This document shows, piece by piece, positions 1 to 12,300 of a stretch of DNA of 64,000 nucleotides (position 1 is the first letter of the stretch; each line of letters opens with the position of its first letter). The notes under the pieces are model-generated. The model was not told the DNA's origin, made no database searches, and was given only the letters and a program-made list of their open reading frames with translations. Position numbers and translations under genes: made by a program. Origin of the DNA: the human T2T-CHM13v2.0 reference genome, Homo sapiens; NCBI RefSeq assembly GCF_009914755.1, contig NC_060948.1; one strand, written 5' to 3'.

Positions 1-134
1 GAAAGGAATGCAATGATTTGGCATGGAATGGAAACGAATGGTATCTAATGGAATGGAATGTAATGTAATGGAATGGAATGTATTAGAATGTAATGAACTT
101 TAATGGAATGTACTCGAATGGATTCGACTGGAAT

Positions 135-149
135 GGAATGTTCTGGAAG
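135..149. promoter_or_regulatory. Canonical heat-shock element motif HSE-1 (gGAAtgTTCtgGAAg), repeated in every unit
   Basis: Exact nGAAnnTTCnnGAAn match, intact in all 18 full units. Function is not demonstrated by the sequence. Confidence 0.6.
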
Positions 150-414
150 TGAATGGACTCCAATGGAATGGATTCAAACGGAATGGAATCGTACAGAATG
201 GAATCTAATGGAATGGAATTAAATGGAAATGAATCAAATTGAATAGCACGGAATTGAATTGAATGGAATGGAATGCAATGGAATCTAATGAAACGGAAAG
301 GAAAGGAATGGAATGGAATGGAATGGGCTGGAATGGAAAGGAATCGAAACGAATGGAATGGAATCGAACTGAAGAGACTGGAATGGAATGCACTGGAATG
401 GAAGGGAGTGTAAT

Positions 415-429
415 GGAAGGTTCTCGAAA
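415..429. promoter_or_regulatory. Canonical heat-shock element motif HSE-2 (gGAAggTTCtcGAAa), repeated per unit
   Basis: Exact nGAAnnTTCnnGAAn match, intact in 17 of 18 units (TTC>ATC in U13 at ~42904). Confidence 0.6.
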
Positions 430-1440
430 AAAATGGAATCGAATGGAATGGAATTGAATGGAACGGAATAGAGTCGAATGGAATTGAATGGAATGGAATG
501 GACTAGAGTGAAATGGAATCGAACCACAAGGAATGGACAGGAATAGAATGGTCTCGAATTGAATGGAATCGTATGGAATGGCATCAAACGGAATGGAATG
601 GACAGCCACGGAATGGAATGCACTCGAATGCAATGGAGTCGAAACTAATGGACTGGAATAGAATGGACTCGACTGGTACGGACTCCAATGGAATGGAATC
701 GAATGGAAGGGAATCGAACGGAATGGACTCGAAGGGAAAAGACTGCAATGGAAAGGTCTCGAATGGAATGGAAATTAATGGAATGGAATGGAATCGAATG
801 AAATGGAGTCAAAAGGAATGGAATCGAATGGCAAGAAATCGAATGTAATGGAATCGCAAGGAATTGATGTGAACGGAACGGAATGGAATGGAATCCAAAG
901 GAATGGAATAGAATGGAATGGAATCGAATGGAAAGGACTCGAATGGAAATCACTCGAATAGAATGCAATTTAATAAAATAGGATCAAATGTAATGGAATG
1001 GAATGGAAAGGAATCGAAACGAAAGGAATGGAGACCGATGGAATGGAATGGAACAGAGAGCAATGGTATAGAATGGAATGGAATCATCTGGAATGGAATT
1101 GAATGGAATGGAATAATATGAAATGGAATGGAATGGAATGGAATGGAATGCCCTTGAATTAAATGGACTGGAATGGAATGGACTCGAACACAGTGGAATG
1201 GAAAGTGTTGAGATAGAATGGAATGGACTCCTTCGGAATGGTGTAGTATCCAATGCAATCGACTGGCAGGGAATCAAAAGGAATGTAATGGAATGGATTG
1301 GACTGGAATGCAATGGACTCGAATAGATTGGAAACGGAATGCAAAGGAATGGAATGGAATAGTATGGAATGGAATGGAAAGGAATGGAGTGGAATAGACT
1401 AGAGTGGAATGGAATGGACTGGAAAGCAATGGACTGGAAT

Positions 1441-1455
1441 GGAACTTTCTTGAAT
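1441..1455. promoter_or_regulatory. Canonical heat-shock element motif HSE-3 (gGAActTTCttGAAt), repeated per unit
   Basis: Exact nGAAnnTTCnnGAAn match, intact in 15 of 18 units (GAA>AAA in U2 and U4, 4-bp deletion in U3). Confidence 0.55.
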
Positions 1456-3172
1456 GGACTGGAATCAAACGGAATGGAATGCAATGCAATCAAATGGCAT
1501 AGAATAAGATAGAATGAAAGAGAATCAAATGGAATTGAATGGAATGGAATCGAATGGATTGGAAAGGAATAGAATGGAATGGAATGGAATTGACTCAAAT
1601 GGAATGGAGTAGAATGGAATGGATTCGAATGGAAGGCAAAGGAATGGAATCTATTGGAATGGACTGTAATGGAATGCAATGGAAGTGATTGGAATGGACT
1701 CGAATGGAATGGACTGCAATAGAAAGGATTCGAATGGAATGAAAAAGAATTGAATGGAATAGAACAGAATGGAATCAAATCGAATGAAATGGAATGGAAT
1801 AGAAAGGAATGGAATGAAATGGAATGGAAAGGATTCGAATGGAATGCAAACGAATGGAATGGAATCGAACGGAATGGAATAAAATGGAAGAAAACTGGCA
1901 AGAAATGGAATCGAAATGAATGGAGTGTTATGGAAGGGACTCAAAAGGAATTGAATGTAATAGAATGGAGTGGAGTGGACTCGAATATAATGGACTTGAA
2001 TGGAATGAAATCACATGGAATGGGAACGAATGGAATGGAATGGAAAGGAATGGAATCGAATGGAAAGGAATCGAATGGAAGGGAATGAAATTGAACCAAC
2101 AGGAATGGAAGGGAATAGAATAGACCGTAATGGTATGGACTCGAATAGAATGGACACGAATGCTCAAATTGAATGGACTCGAATGGAATGGAAACGAAAG
2201 GAATGTCATCGAATGGAATTGAATCGATTGGAATGAAATCGCATAGAATGGAGTGGAATCAAATGGAATTGAATCGAAAGGAAAGGAAGCGAATGGACTG
2301 AAATGAAATGGAATGGAATTGAATGGAAAGTAATGCAATGGAATAGAATGGAACGAAATTTCACGGAATGGAATCAAACTGAATGGAATCAAATCAATGG
2401 AATCTAATCAAATGGAATGGAAAGGAATTGAATGGAGTAGATTGGATTGGATGGGATTGGAATGAAATGTACTGGAAAGGACTCGAATTTCATGAAACGG
2501 AATGGAATGAATTGGAACGGAATGGACTCGAATGGAATGGAATGTCATGGAATGGCATCAAATGGAATGGCATCAAATGGAATGGAATCGAATGCAATGG
2601 AATGCTATGGAATGGAATGGAATGCATTGGAATGGAATGTCCTCTAATGGAATGGATTCGAGTGGAATGGAATCGAATATAATGGAGTCGAATGAAATGG
2701 AATTGAAAAGAATGGGATCGAATACAATGGAATATACTGGAATGTAATGTAATGAACTCGAATGTAATTGACTGGAATGGAATGTATATGAATGGAATGT
2801 AATCGAATGGAAAGTAATCCAATGGAATAGAATCTAATGCAATAAAATCGACTCAGATAGAGTAGAATGTAATGGAATGGAGTGCAGTGCAATGGAATGG
2901 AATGGAATGGAATGCAATGGAATGGAATGGAATGGAATGGAATGGGATGGAATGGTATGGAATGGATAATAATGGACTGGAGTGAAATGGACTGGAAAGG
3001 AATGGACTCAAATTGAAAGGGCTCGAAAGGAATGGAGACAAATGGAATGGTCTGGAATGGAATGAACACGAATGTAATGCAATCCAATAGAATAGAGTCG
3101 AATGGCATGGAATATAAAGAAATGGAATCGAAGAGAATGGAAACAAATGGAATGGAATTGAATGGAATGGAA

Positions 3173-3326
3173 TTGAATGGAATGGGAACGAATGGAGTGA
3201 AATTGTATGCAGTAGAAGAGAATAGAATGGAATGCAAGCGAAAGGAAAGGAATGGATTGGAATGGAATGGAATTCATTGGAATGGAAGGGAATGTAGTGT
3301 AATGGACAGGCCTGGAATAAAGTGGA
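3173..3326 (+). other. DYZ1 sexing-PCR target (Y1.2/Y1.1 primer sites), present once per unit
   Basis: TTGAATGGAATGGGAACGAATGG at 3173-3195 and GGACAGGCCTGGAATAAAGTGGA at 3304-3326 match the Y1.2 primer and the reverse complement of Y1.1 as I recall them. The interval is 154 bp here and contains the conserved EcoRI site at 3270 and HaeIII site at 3309. Confidence 0.85.
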
Positions 3327-6300
3327 ATGCTACGGTCTCGAGTGGAATAAAAATGTATGGATTGGAATGCAATGAAACGGAATCGAATGTCATAGAATGT
3401 AATGGAATGCAAAAAAATGGAATCCGAAATCATTGACTGGAAAGGCTGGGTGTCGAAAGGAATTGACTCCAATGGAATGGAATCGAATGGAATGGAAGTG
3501 AATAGAATCGAACTAAATCGAATGGAATGGAATTGATAGGAACGGAATGGAAAGGAATGCAATGATTTGGCACGGAATGGAATCGAATGGCATCGAATGG
3601 AATGGAATGGAATGCAGTGGAATGGAATGTATTAGAATGTAATGAACTTTAATGGAATGTACTCGAAAGGATTTGACTGGAATGGAATGTTCTGGAAGTG
3701 AATGGACTCCAATGGAATGGATTCGAAAGGAATGGAATCGTACGGAATGGAATCTAATGGAATGGAATTAAATGGAAATGAATCAAATTGAATAGCACGG
3801 AATTGAATTGAATGGAATGGAATGCAATGGAATCTAATGAAACAGAAAGGAAAGGAATGCAATGGAATGGAATGGGCTGGAATGGAAAGGAATCGAAACG
3901 AATGGAATGGAATCGAACTGAAGAGACTGGAATGGAATGCACTGGAATGGAAGGGAGTGTAATGGAAGGTTCTCGAAAAAAATGGAAACGAATGGAATGG
4001 AATTGAGTGGAATGGAATAGAGTCGAATGGAATTGAATGGAATGGAATGGACTAGAGTGAAATGGAATCGAACCACAAGGAATGGACAGGAATAGAATGG
4101 TCTCGAATTGAATGGAATCGTATGGAATGGCATCAAACGGAATGGAATGGACAGCCACGGAATGGAATGCACTCGAATGCAATGGAGTCGAAACTAATGG
4201 ACTGGAATAGAATGGACTCGACTGGTACGGACTCCAATGGAATGGAATCGAATGGAAGGGAATCGAACGGAATGGACTCGAAGGGAAAAGACTGCAATGG
4301 AAAGGTCTCGAATGGAATGGAAATTAATGGAATGGAATGGAATCGAATGAAATGGAGTCAAAAGGAATGGAATCGAATGGCAAGAAATCGAATGTAATGG
4401 AATCGCAAGGAATTGATATGAACGGAACGGAATGGAATGGAATCCAAAGGAATGGAATAGAATGGAATGGAATCGAATGGAAAGGACTCGAATGGAAATC
4501 ACTCGAATAGAATGCAATTTAATAAAATAGGATCAAATGTAATGGAATGGAATGGAAAGGAATCGAAACGAAAGGAATGGAGACAGATGGAATGGAATGG
4601 AACAGATAGCAATGGTATACAATGGAATGGAATCATCTGGAATGGAATTGAATGGAATGGAATAATATGAAATGGAATGGAATGGAATGGAATGGAATGC
4701 CCTTGAATTAAATGGACTGGACTCGAACAGAGTGGAATGGAAAGTGTTGAGATAGAATGGAATGGACTCCTTTGGAATGGTCTAGTATGCAATGCAATCG
4801 ACTGGCAGGGAATCAAAAGGAATGTAATGGAATGGATTGGACTGGAATGCAATGGACTCGAATAGATTGGAAACGGAATGCAAAGGAATGGAATGGAATA
4901 GTATGGAATGGAATGGAAAGGAATGGAGTGGAATAGACTAGAGTGGAATGGAATGGACTGGAAAGCAATGGACTGGAATGAAACTTTCTTGAATGGACTG
5001 GAATCAAACGGAATGGAATGCAATGCAATCAAATGGCATGGAATAAGATAGAATGAAAGAGAATCAAATGGAATTGAATCGAATGGAATCGAATGGATTG
5101 GAAAGGAAGAGAATGGAATGGAATGGAATTGACTCAAATGGAATGGACTAGAATGGAATGGATTCGAATGGAAGGCAAAGGAATGGAATCTATTGGAATG
5201 GACTGTAATGGAATGGAATGGAAGGGATTGGAATGGACTCGAATGGAATGGACTGCAATAGAAAGGATTCGAATGGAATGAAAAAGAATTGAATGGAATA
5301 GAACAGAATGGAATCAAATCGAATGAAATGGAATGGAATAGAAAGGAATGGAATGAAATGGAATGGAAAGGATTCGAATGGAATGCAATCGAATGGAATG
5401 GAATCGAACGGAATGGAATAAAATGGAAGAAAACTGGCAAGAAATGGAATCGAAATGAATGGAGTGTTATGGAACGGACTCAAAAGGAATTGAATGTAAT
5501 AGAATGGAGTGGAGTGAACTCGAATATAATGGACTGGAATGGAATGAAATCACATGGAATGGGAACGAATGGAATGGAATGGAAAGGAATGGAATCGAAT
5601 GGAAAGGAATCGAACGGAAGGGAATGAAATTGAATCAACAGGAATGGAAGGGAATAGAATAGACTGTAATGGAATGGACACGAATAGAATGGACACGAAT
5701 GCTCAAATTGAATGGACTCGAATGGAATGGAAAGGAAAGGAAAGTCATCGAATGGAATTGAATCGATTGGAATGAAATCGCATAGAATGGAGTGGAATCA
5801 AATGGAATTGAATCGAAAGGAAAGGAAGCGAATGGACTGAAATGAAATGGAATGGAATGGAATGGAAAGTAATGCAATGGAATAGAATGGAAAGAAATTT
5901 CACGGAATGGAATCAAACTGAATGGAATCAAATCAATGGAATCTAATCAAATGGAATGGAAAGGAATTGAATGGAGTATATTGGATTGGATGGGATTGGA
6001 ATGAAATGTACTGGAAAGGACTCGAATTTCATGAAACGGAATGGAATGAATTGGAACGGAATGGACTCGAATGGAATGGAATGACATGGAATGGCATCAA
6101 ATGGAATGGCATCAAATGGAATGGAATCGAATACAATGGAATGCTATGGAATGGAATGGAATGCATTGGAATGGAATGTCCTCTAATGGAATGGATTCGA
6201 GTGGAATGGAATCGAATATAATGGAGTCGAATGAAATGGAATTGAAAGGAATGGGATCGAATAGAATGGAATATACTGGAATGTAATGTAATGAACTCGA

Positions 6301-9300
6301 ATGTAATTGACTGGAATGGAATGTACATGAATGGAATGTAATCGAATGGAAAGTAATCCAATGGAATAGAATCTAATGCAATAAAATCGACTCAGATAGA
6401 GTAGAATGTAATGGAATGGAGTGCAGTGCAATGGAATGGAATGGAATGGAATGCAATGGAATGGAATGGAATGGAATGGAATGGGATGGAATGGGGTGGA
6501 ATGGTATGGAATGGATAGTAATGGACTGGAGTGAAATGGACTGGAAAGGAATGGACTCAAATTGAAAGGGCTCGAAAGGAATGGAGACAAATGAAATGGT
6601 CTGGAATGGAATGAACACGAATGTAATGCAATCCAATAGAATGGAGTCGAATGGCATGGAATATAAAGAAATGGAATCGAAGAGAATGGAAACAAATGGA
6701 ATGGAATTGAATGGAATGGAATTGAATGGAATGGGAACGAATGGAGTGAAATTGTATGCAGTAGAAGAGAATAGAATGGAATGCAAGCGAAAGGAAAGGA
6801 ATGGATTGGAATGGAATGGAATTCATTGGAATGGAAGGGAATGTAGTGTAATGGACAGGCCTGGAATAAAGTGGAATGCTACGGTCTCAAATAGAATAAA
6901 AATGTATGGAATGGAATGCAATGAAACGGAATCGAATGTCATAGAATGTAATGGAATGCAAAAAAATGGAATCCAAAATCATTGACTGGAAAGGCTGGGT
7001 GTCGAAAGGAATTGACTCCAATGGAATGGAATCGAATGGAATGGAAGTGAATAGAATCGAACTAAATCGAATGGAATGGAATTGATAGGAACGGAATGGA
7101 AAGGAATGCAATGATTTGGCATGGAATGGAATCGAATGGCATCGAATGGAATGGAATGGAATGCAATGGAATGGAATGTATTAGAATGTAATGAACTTTA
7201 ATGGAATGTACTCGAATGGATTCGACTGGAATGGAATGTTCTGGAAGTGAATGGACTCCAATGGAATGGATTCAAAAGGAATGGAATCGTACGGAATGGA
7301 ATCTAATGGAATGGAATTAAATGGAAATGAATCAAATTGAATAGCACGGAATTGAATTGAATGGAATCGAATGCAATGGAATCTAATGAAACGGAAAGGA
7401 AAGGAATGGAATGGAATGGAATGGGCTGGAATGGAAAGGAATCGAAACGAATGGAATGGAATCGAACTGAAGAGACTGGAATGGAATGCACTGGAATGGA
7501 AGGGAGTGTAATGGAAGGTTCTCGAAAAAAATGGAATCGAATGGAATGGAATTGAATGGAACGGAATAGAGTCGAATGGAATTGAATGGAATGGAATGGA
7601 CTAGAGTGAAATGGAATCGAACCACAAGGAATGGACAGGAATAGAATGGTCTCGAATTGAATGGAATCGTATGGAATGGCATCAAACGGAATGGAATGGA
7701 CAGCCACGGAATGGAATGCACTCGAATGCAATGGAGTCGAAACTAATGGACTGGAATAGAATGGATTCGACTGGTACGGACTCCAATGGAATGGAATCGA
7801 ATGGAAGGGAATCGAACGGAATGGACTCGAAGGGAAAAGACTGCAATGGAAAGGTCTCGAATGGAATGGAAATTAATGGAATGGAATGGAATCGAATGAA
7901 ATGGAGTCAAAAGGAATGGAATCGAATGGCAAGAAATCAAATGTAATGGAATCGCAAGGAATTGATGTGAACGGAACGGAATGGAATGGAATCCAAAGGA
8001 ATGGAATAGAATGGAATGGAATCGAATGGAAAGGACTCGAATGGAAATCACTCGAATAGAATGCAATTTAATAAAATAGGATCAAATGTAATGGAATGGA
8101 ATGGAAAGGAATCGAAACGAAAGGAATGGAGACCGATGGAATGGAATGGAACAGAGAGCAATGGTATAGAATGGAATGGAATCATCTGGAATGGAATTGA
8201 ATGGAATGGAATAATATGAAATGGAATGGAATGGAATGGAATGGAATGCCCTTGAATTAAATGGACTGGAATGGAATGGACTCGAACACAGTGGAATGGA
8301 AAGTGTTGAGATAGAATGGAATGGACTCCTTCGGAATGGTGTAGTATGCAATGCAATCGACTGGCAGGGAATCAAAAGGAATGTAATGGAATGGATTGGA
8401 CTGGAATGCAATGGACTCGAATAGATTGGAAACGGAATGCAAAGGAATGGAATGGAATAGTATGGAATGGAATGGAAAGGAATGGAGTGGAATAGACTAG
8501 AGTGGAATGGAATGGACTGGAAAGCAATGGACTGGAATGGAACTTGAATGGACTGGAATCAAACGGAATGGAATGCAATGCAATCAAATGGCATAGAATA
8601 AGATAGAATGAAAGAGAATCAAATGGAATTGAATGGAATGGAATCGAATGGATTGGAAAGGAATAGAATGGAATGGAATGGAATTGACTCAAATGGAATG
8701 GACTAGAATGGAATGGATTCGAATGGAAGGCAAAGGAATGGAATCTATTGGAATGGACTGTAATGGAATGCAATGGAAGTGATTGGAATGGACTCGAATG
8801 GAATGGACTGCAATAGAAAGGATTCGAATGGAATGAAAAAGAATTGAATGGAATAGAACAGAATGGAATCAAATCGAATGAAATGGAATGGAATAGAAAG
8901 GAATGGAATGAAATGGAATGGAAAGGATTCGAATGGAATGCAAACGAATGGAATGGAATCGAACGGAATGGAATAAAATGGAAGAAAACTGGCAAGAAAT
9001 GGAATCGAAATGAATGGAGTGTTATGGAAGGGACTCAAAAGGAATTGAATGTAATAGAATGGAGTGGAGTGGACTCGAATATAATGGACTTGAATGGAAT
9101 GAAATCACATGGAATGGGAACGAATGGAATGGAATGGAAAGGAATGGAATCGAATGGAAAGGAATCGAATGGAAGGGAATGAAATTGAACCAACAGGAAT
9201 GGAAGGGAATAGAATAGACCGTAATGGAATGGACTCGAATAGAATGGACACGAATGCTCAAATTGAATGGACTCGAATGGAATGGAAACGAAAGGAATGT

Positions 9301-12300
9301 CATCGAATGGAATTGAATCGATTGGAATGAAATCGCATAGAATGGAGTGGAATCAAATGGAATTGAATCGAAAGGAAAGGAAGCGAATGGACTGAAATGA
9401 AATGGAATGGAATTGAATGGAAAGTAATGCAATGGAATAGAATGGAACGAAATTTCACGGAATGGAATCAAACTGAATGGAATCAAATCAATGGAATCTA
9501 ATCAAATGGAATGGAAAGGAATTGAATGGAGTAGATTGGATTGGATGGGATTGGAATGAAATGTACTGGAAAGGACTCGAATTTCATGAAACGGAATGGA
9601 ATGAATTGGAACGGAATGGACTCGAATGGAATGGAATGTCATGGAATGGCATCAAATGGAATGGCATCAAATGGAATGGAATCGAATGCAATGGAATGCT
9701 ATGGAATGGAATGGAATGCATTGGAATGGAATGTCCTCTAATGGAATGGATTCGAGTGGAATGGAATCGAATATAATGGAGTCGAATGAAATGGAATTGA
9801 AAAGAATGGGATCGAATACAATGGAATATACTGGAATGTAATGTAATGAACTCGAATGTAATTGACTGGAATGGAATGTATATGAATGGAATGTAATCGA
9901 ATGGAAAGTAATCCAATGGAATAGAATCTAATGCAATAAAATCGACTCAGATAGAGTAGAATGTAATGGAATGGAGTGCAGTGCAATGGAATGGAATGGA
10001 ATGGAATGCAATGGAATGGAATGGAATGGAATGGAATGGGATGGAATGGTATGGAATGGATAATAATGGACTGGAGTGAAATGGACTGGAAAGGAATGGA
10101 CTCAAATTGAAAGGGCTCGAAAGGAATGGAGACAAATGGAATGGTCTGGAATGGAATGAACACGAATGTAATGCAATCCAATAGAATAGAGTCGAATGGC
10201 ATGGAATATAAAGAAATGGAATCGAAGAGAATAGAAACAAATGGAATGGAATTGAATGGAATGGAATTGAATGGAATGGGAACGAATGGAGTGAAATTGT
10301 ATGCAGTAGAAGAGAATAGAATGGAATGCAAGCGAAAGGAAAGGAATGGATTGGAATGGAATGGAATTCATTGGAATGGAAGGGAATGTAGTGTAATGGA
10401 CAGGCCTGGAATAAAGTGGAATGCTACGGTCTCGAGTGGAATAAAAATGTATGGATTGGAATGCAATGAAACGGAATCGAATGTCATAGAATGTAATGGA
10501 ATGCAAAAAAATGGAATCCGAAATCATTGACTGGAAAGGCTGGGTGTCGAAAGGAATTGACTCCAATGGAATGGAATCGAATGGAATGGAAGTGAATAGA
10601 ATCGAACTAAATCGAATGGAATGGAATTGATAGGAACGGAATGGAAAGGAATGCAATGATTTGGCACGGAATGGAATCGAATGGCATCGAATGGAATGGA
10701 ATGGAATGCAGTGGAATGGAATGTATTAGAATGTAATGAACTTTAATGGAATGTACTCGAAAGGATTTGACTGGAATGGAATGTTCTGGAAGTGAATGGA
10801 CTCCAATGGAATGGATTCGAAAGGAATGGAATCGTACGGAATGGAATCTAATGGAATGGAATTAAATGGAAATGAATCAAATTGAATAGCACGGAATTGA
10901 ATTGAATGGAATGGAATGCAATGGAATCTAATGAAACGGAAAGGAAAGGAATGCAATGGAATGGAATGGGCTGGAATGGAAAGGAATCGAAACGAATGGA
11001 ATGGAATCGAACTGAAGAGACTGGAATGGAATGCACTGGAATGGAAGGGAGTGTAATGGAAGGTTCTCGAAAAAAATGGAATCGAATGGAATGGAATTGA
11101 GTGGAACGGAATAGAGTCGAATGGAATTGAATGGAATGGAATGGACTAGAGTGAAATGGAATCGAACCACAAGGAATGGACAGGAATAGAATGGTCTCGA
11201 ATTGAATGGAATCGTATGGAATGGCATCAAACGGAATGGAATGGACAGCCACGGAATGGAATGCACTCGAATGCAATGGAGTCGAAACTAATGGACTGGA
11301 ATAGAATGGACTCGACTGGTACGGACTCCAATGGAATGGAATCGAATGGAAGGGAATCGAACGGAATGGACTCGAAGGGAAAAGACTGCAATGGAACGGT
11401 CTCGAATGGAATGGAAATTAATGGAATGGAATGGAATCGAATGAAATGGAGTCAAAAGGAATGGAATCGAATGGCAAGAAATCGAATGTAATGGAATCGC
11501 AAGGAATTGATATGGACGGAACGGAATGGAATGGAATCCAAAGGAATGGAATAGAATGGAATGGAATCGAATGGAAAGGACTCGAATGGAAATCACTCGA
11601 ATAGAATGCAATTTAATAAAATAGGATCAAATGTAATGGAATGGAATGGAAAGGAATCGAAACGAAAGGAATGGAGACAGATGGAATGGAATGGAACAGA
11701 TAGCAATGGTATACAATGGAATGGAATCATCTGGAATGGAATTGAATGGAATGGAATAATATGAAATGGAATGGAATGGAATGGAATGGAATGGAATGCC
11801 CTTGAATTAAATGGACTGGACTCGAACAGAGTGGAATGGAAAGTGTTGAGATAGAATGGAATGGACTCCTTTGGAATGGTCTAGTATGCAATGCAATCGA
11901 CTGGCAGGGAATCAAAAGGAATGTAATGGAATGGATTGGACTGGAATGCAATGGACTCGAATAGATTGGAAACGGAATGCAAAGGAATGGAATGGAATAG
12001 TATGGAATGGAATGGAAAGGAATGGAGTGGAATAGACTAGAGTGGAATGGAATGGACTGGAAAGCAATGGACTGGAATGAAACTTTCTTGAATGGACTGG
12101 AATCAAACGGAATGGAATGCAATGCAATCAAATGGCATGGAATAAGTTAGAATGAAAGAGAATCAAATGGAATTGAATCGAATGGAATCGAATGGATTGG
12201 AAAGGAAGAGAATGGAATGGAATGGAATTGACTCAAATGGAATGGACTAGAATGGAATGGATTCGAATGGAAGGCAAAGGAATGGAATCTATTGGAATGG

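Noticed and set aside
2355-2496. Additional HSE-like motifs GAAATTTCACGGA and GAATTTCATGAA
   Set aside because: One has a mismatched third pentamer and the other has wrong spacing, so neither was counted as a canonical HSE.
970-3352. AATAAA polyadenylation signals (~972, 1878, 2841, 3316, 3346 per unit) and a possible DYZ1 ncRNA
   Set aside because: AATAAA arises easily from xxAAT-AAAAT pentamer variants. Yq12 transcripts have been reported, but no transcript boundaries can be supported from this sequence.
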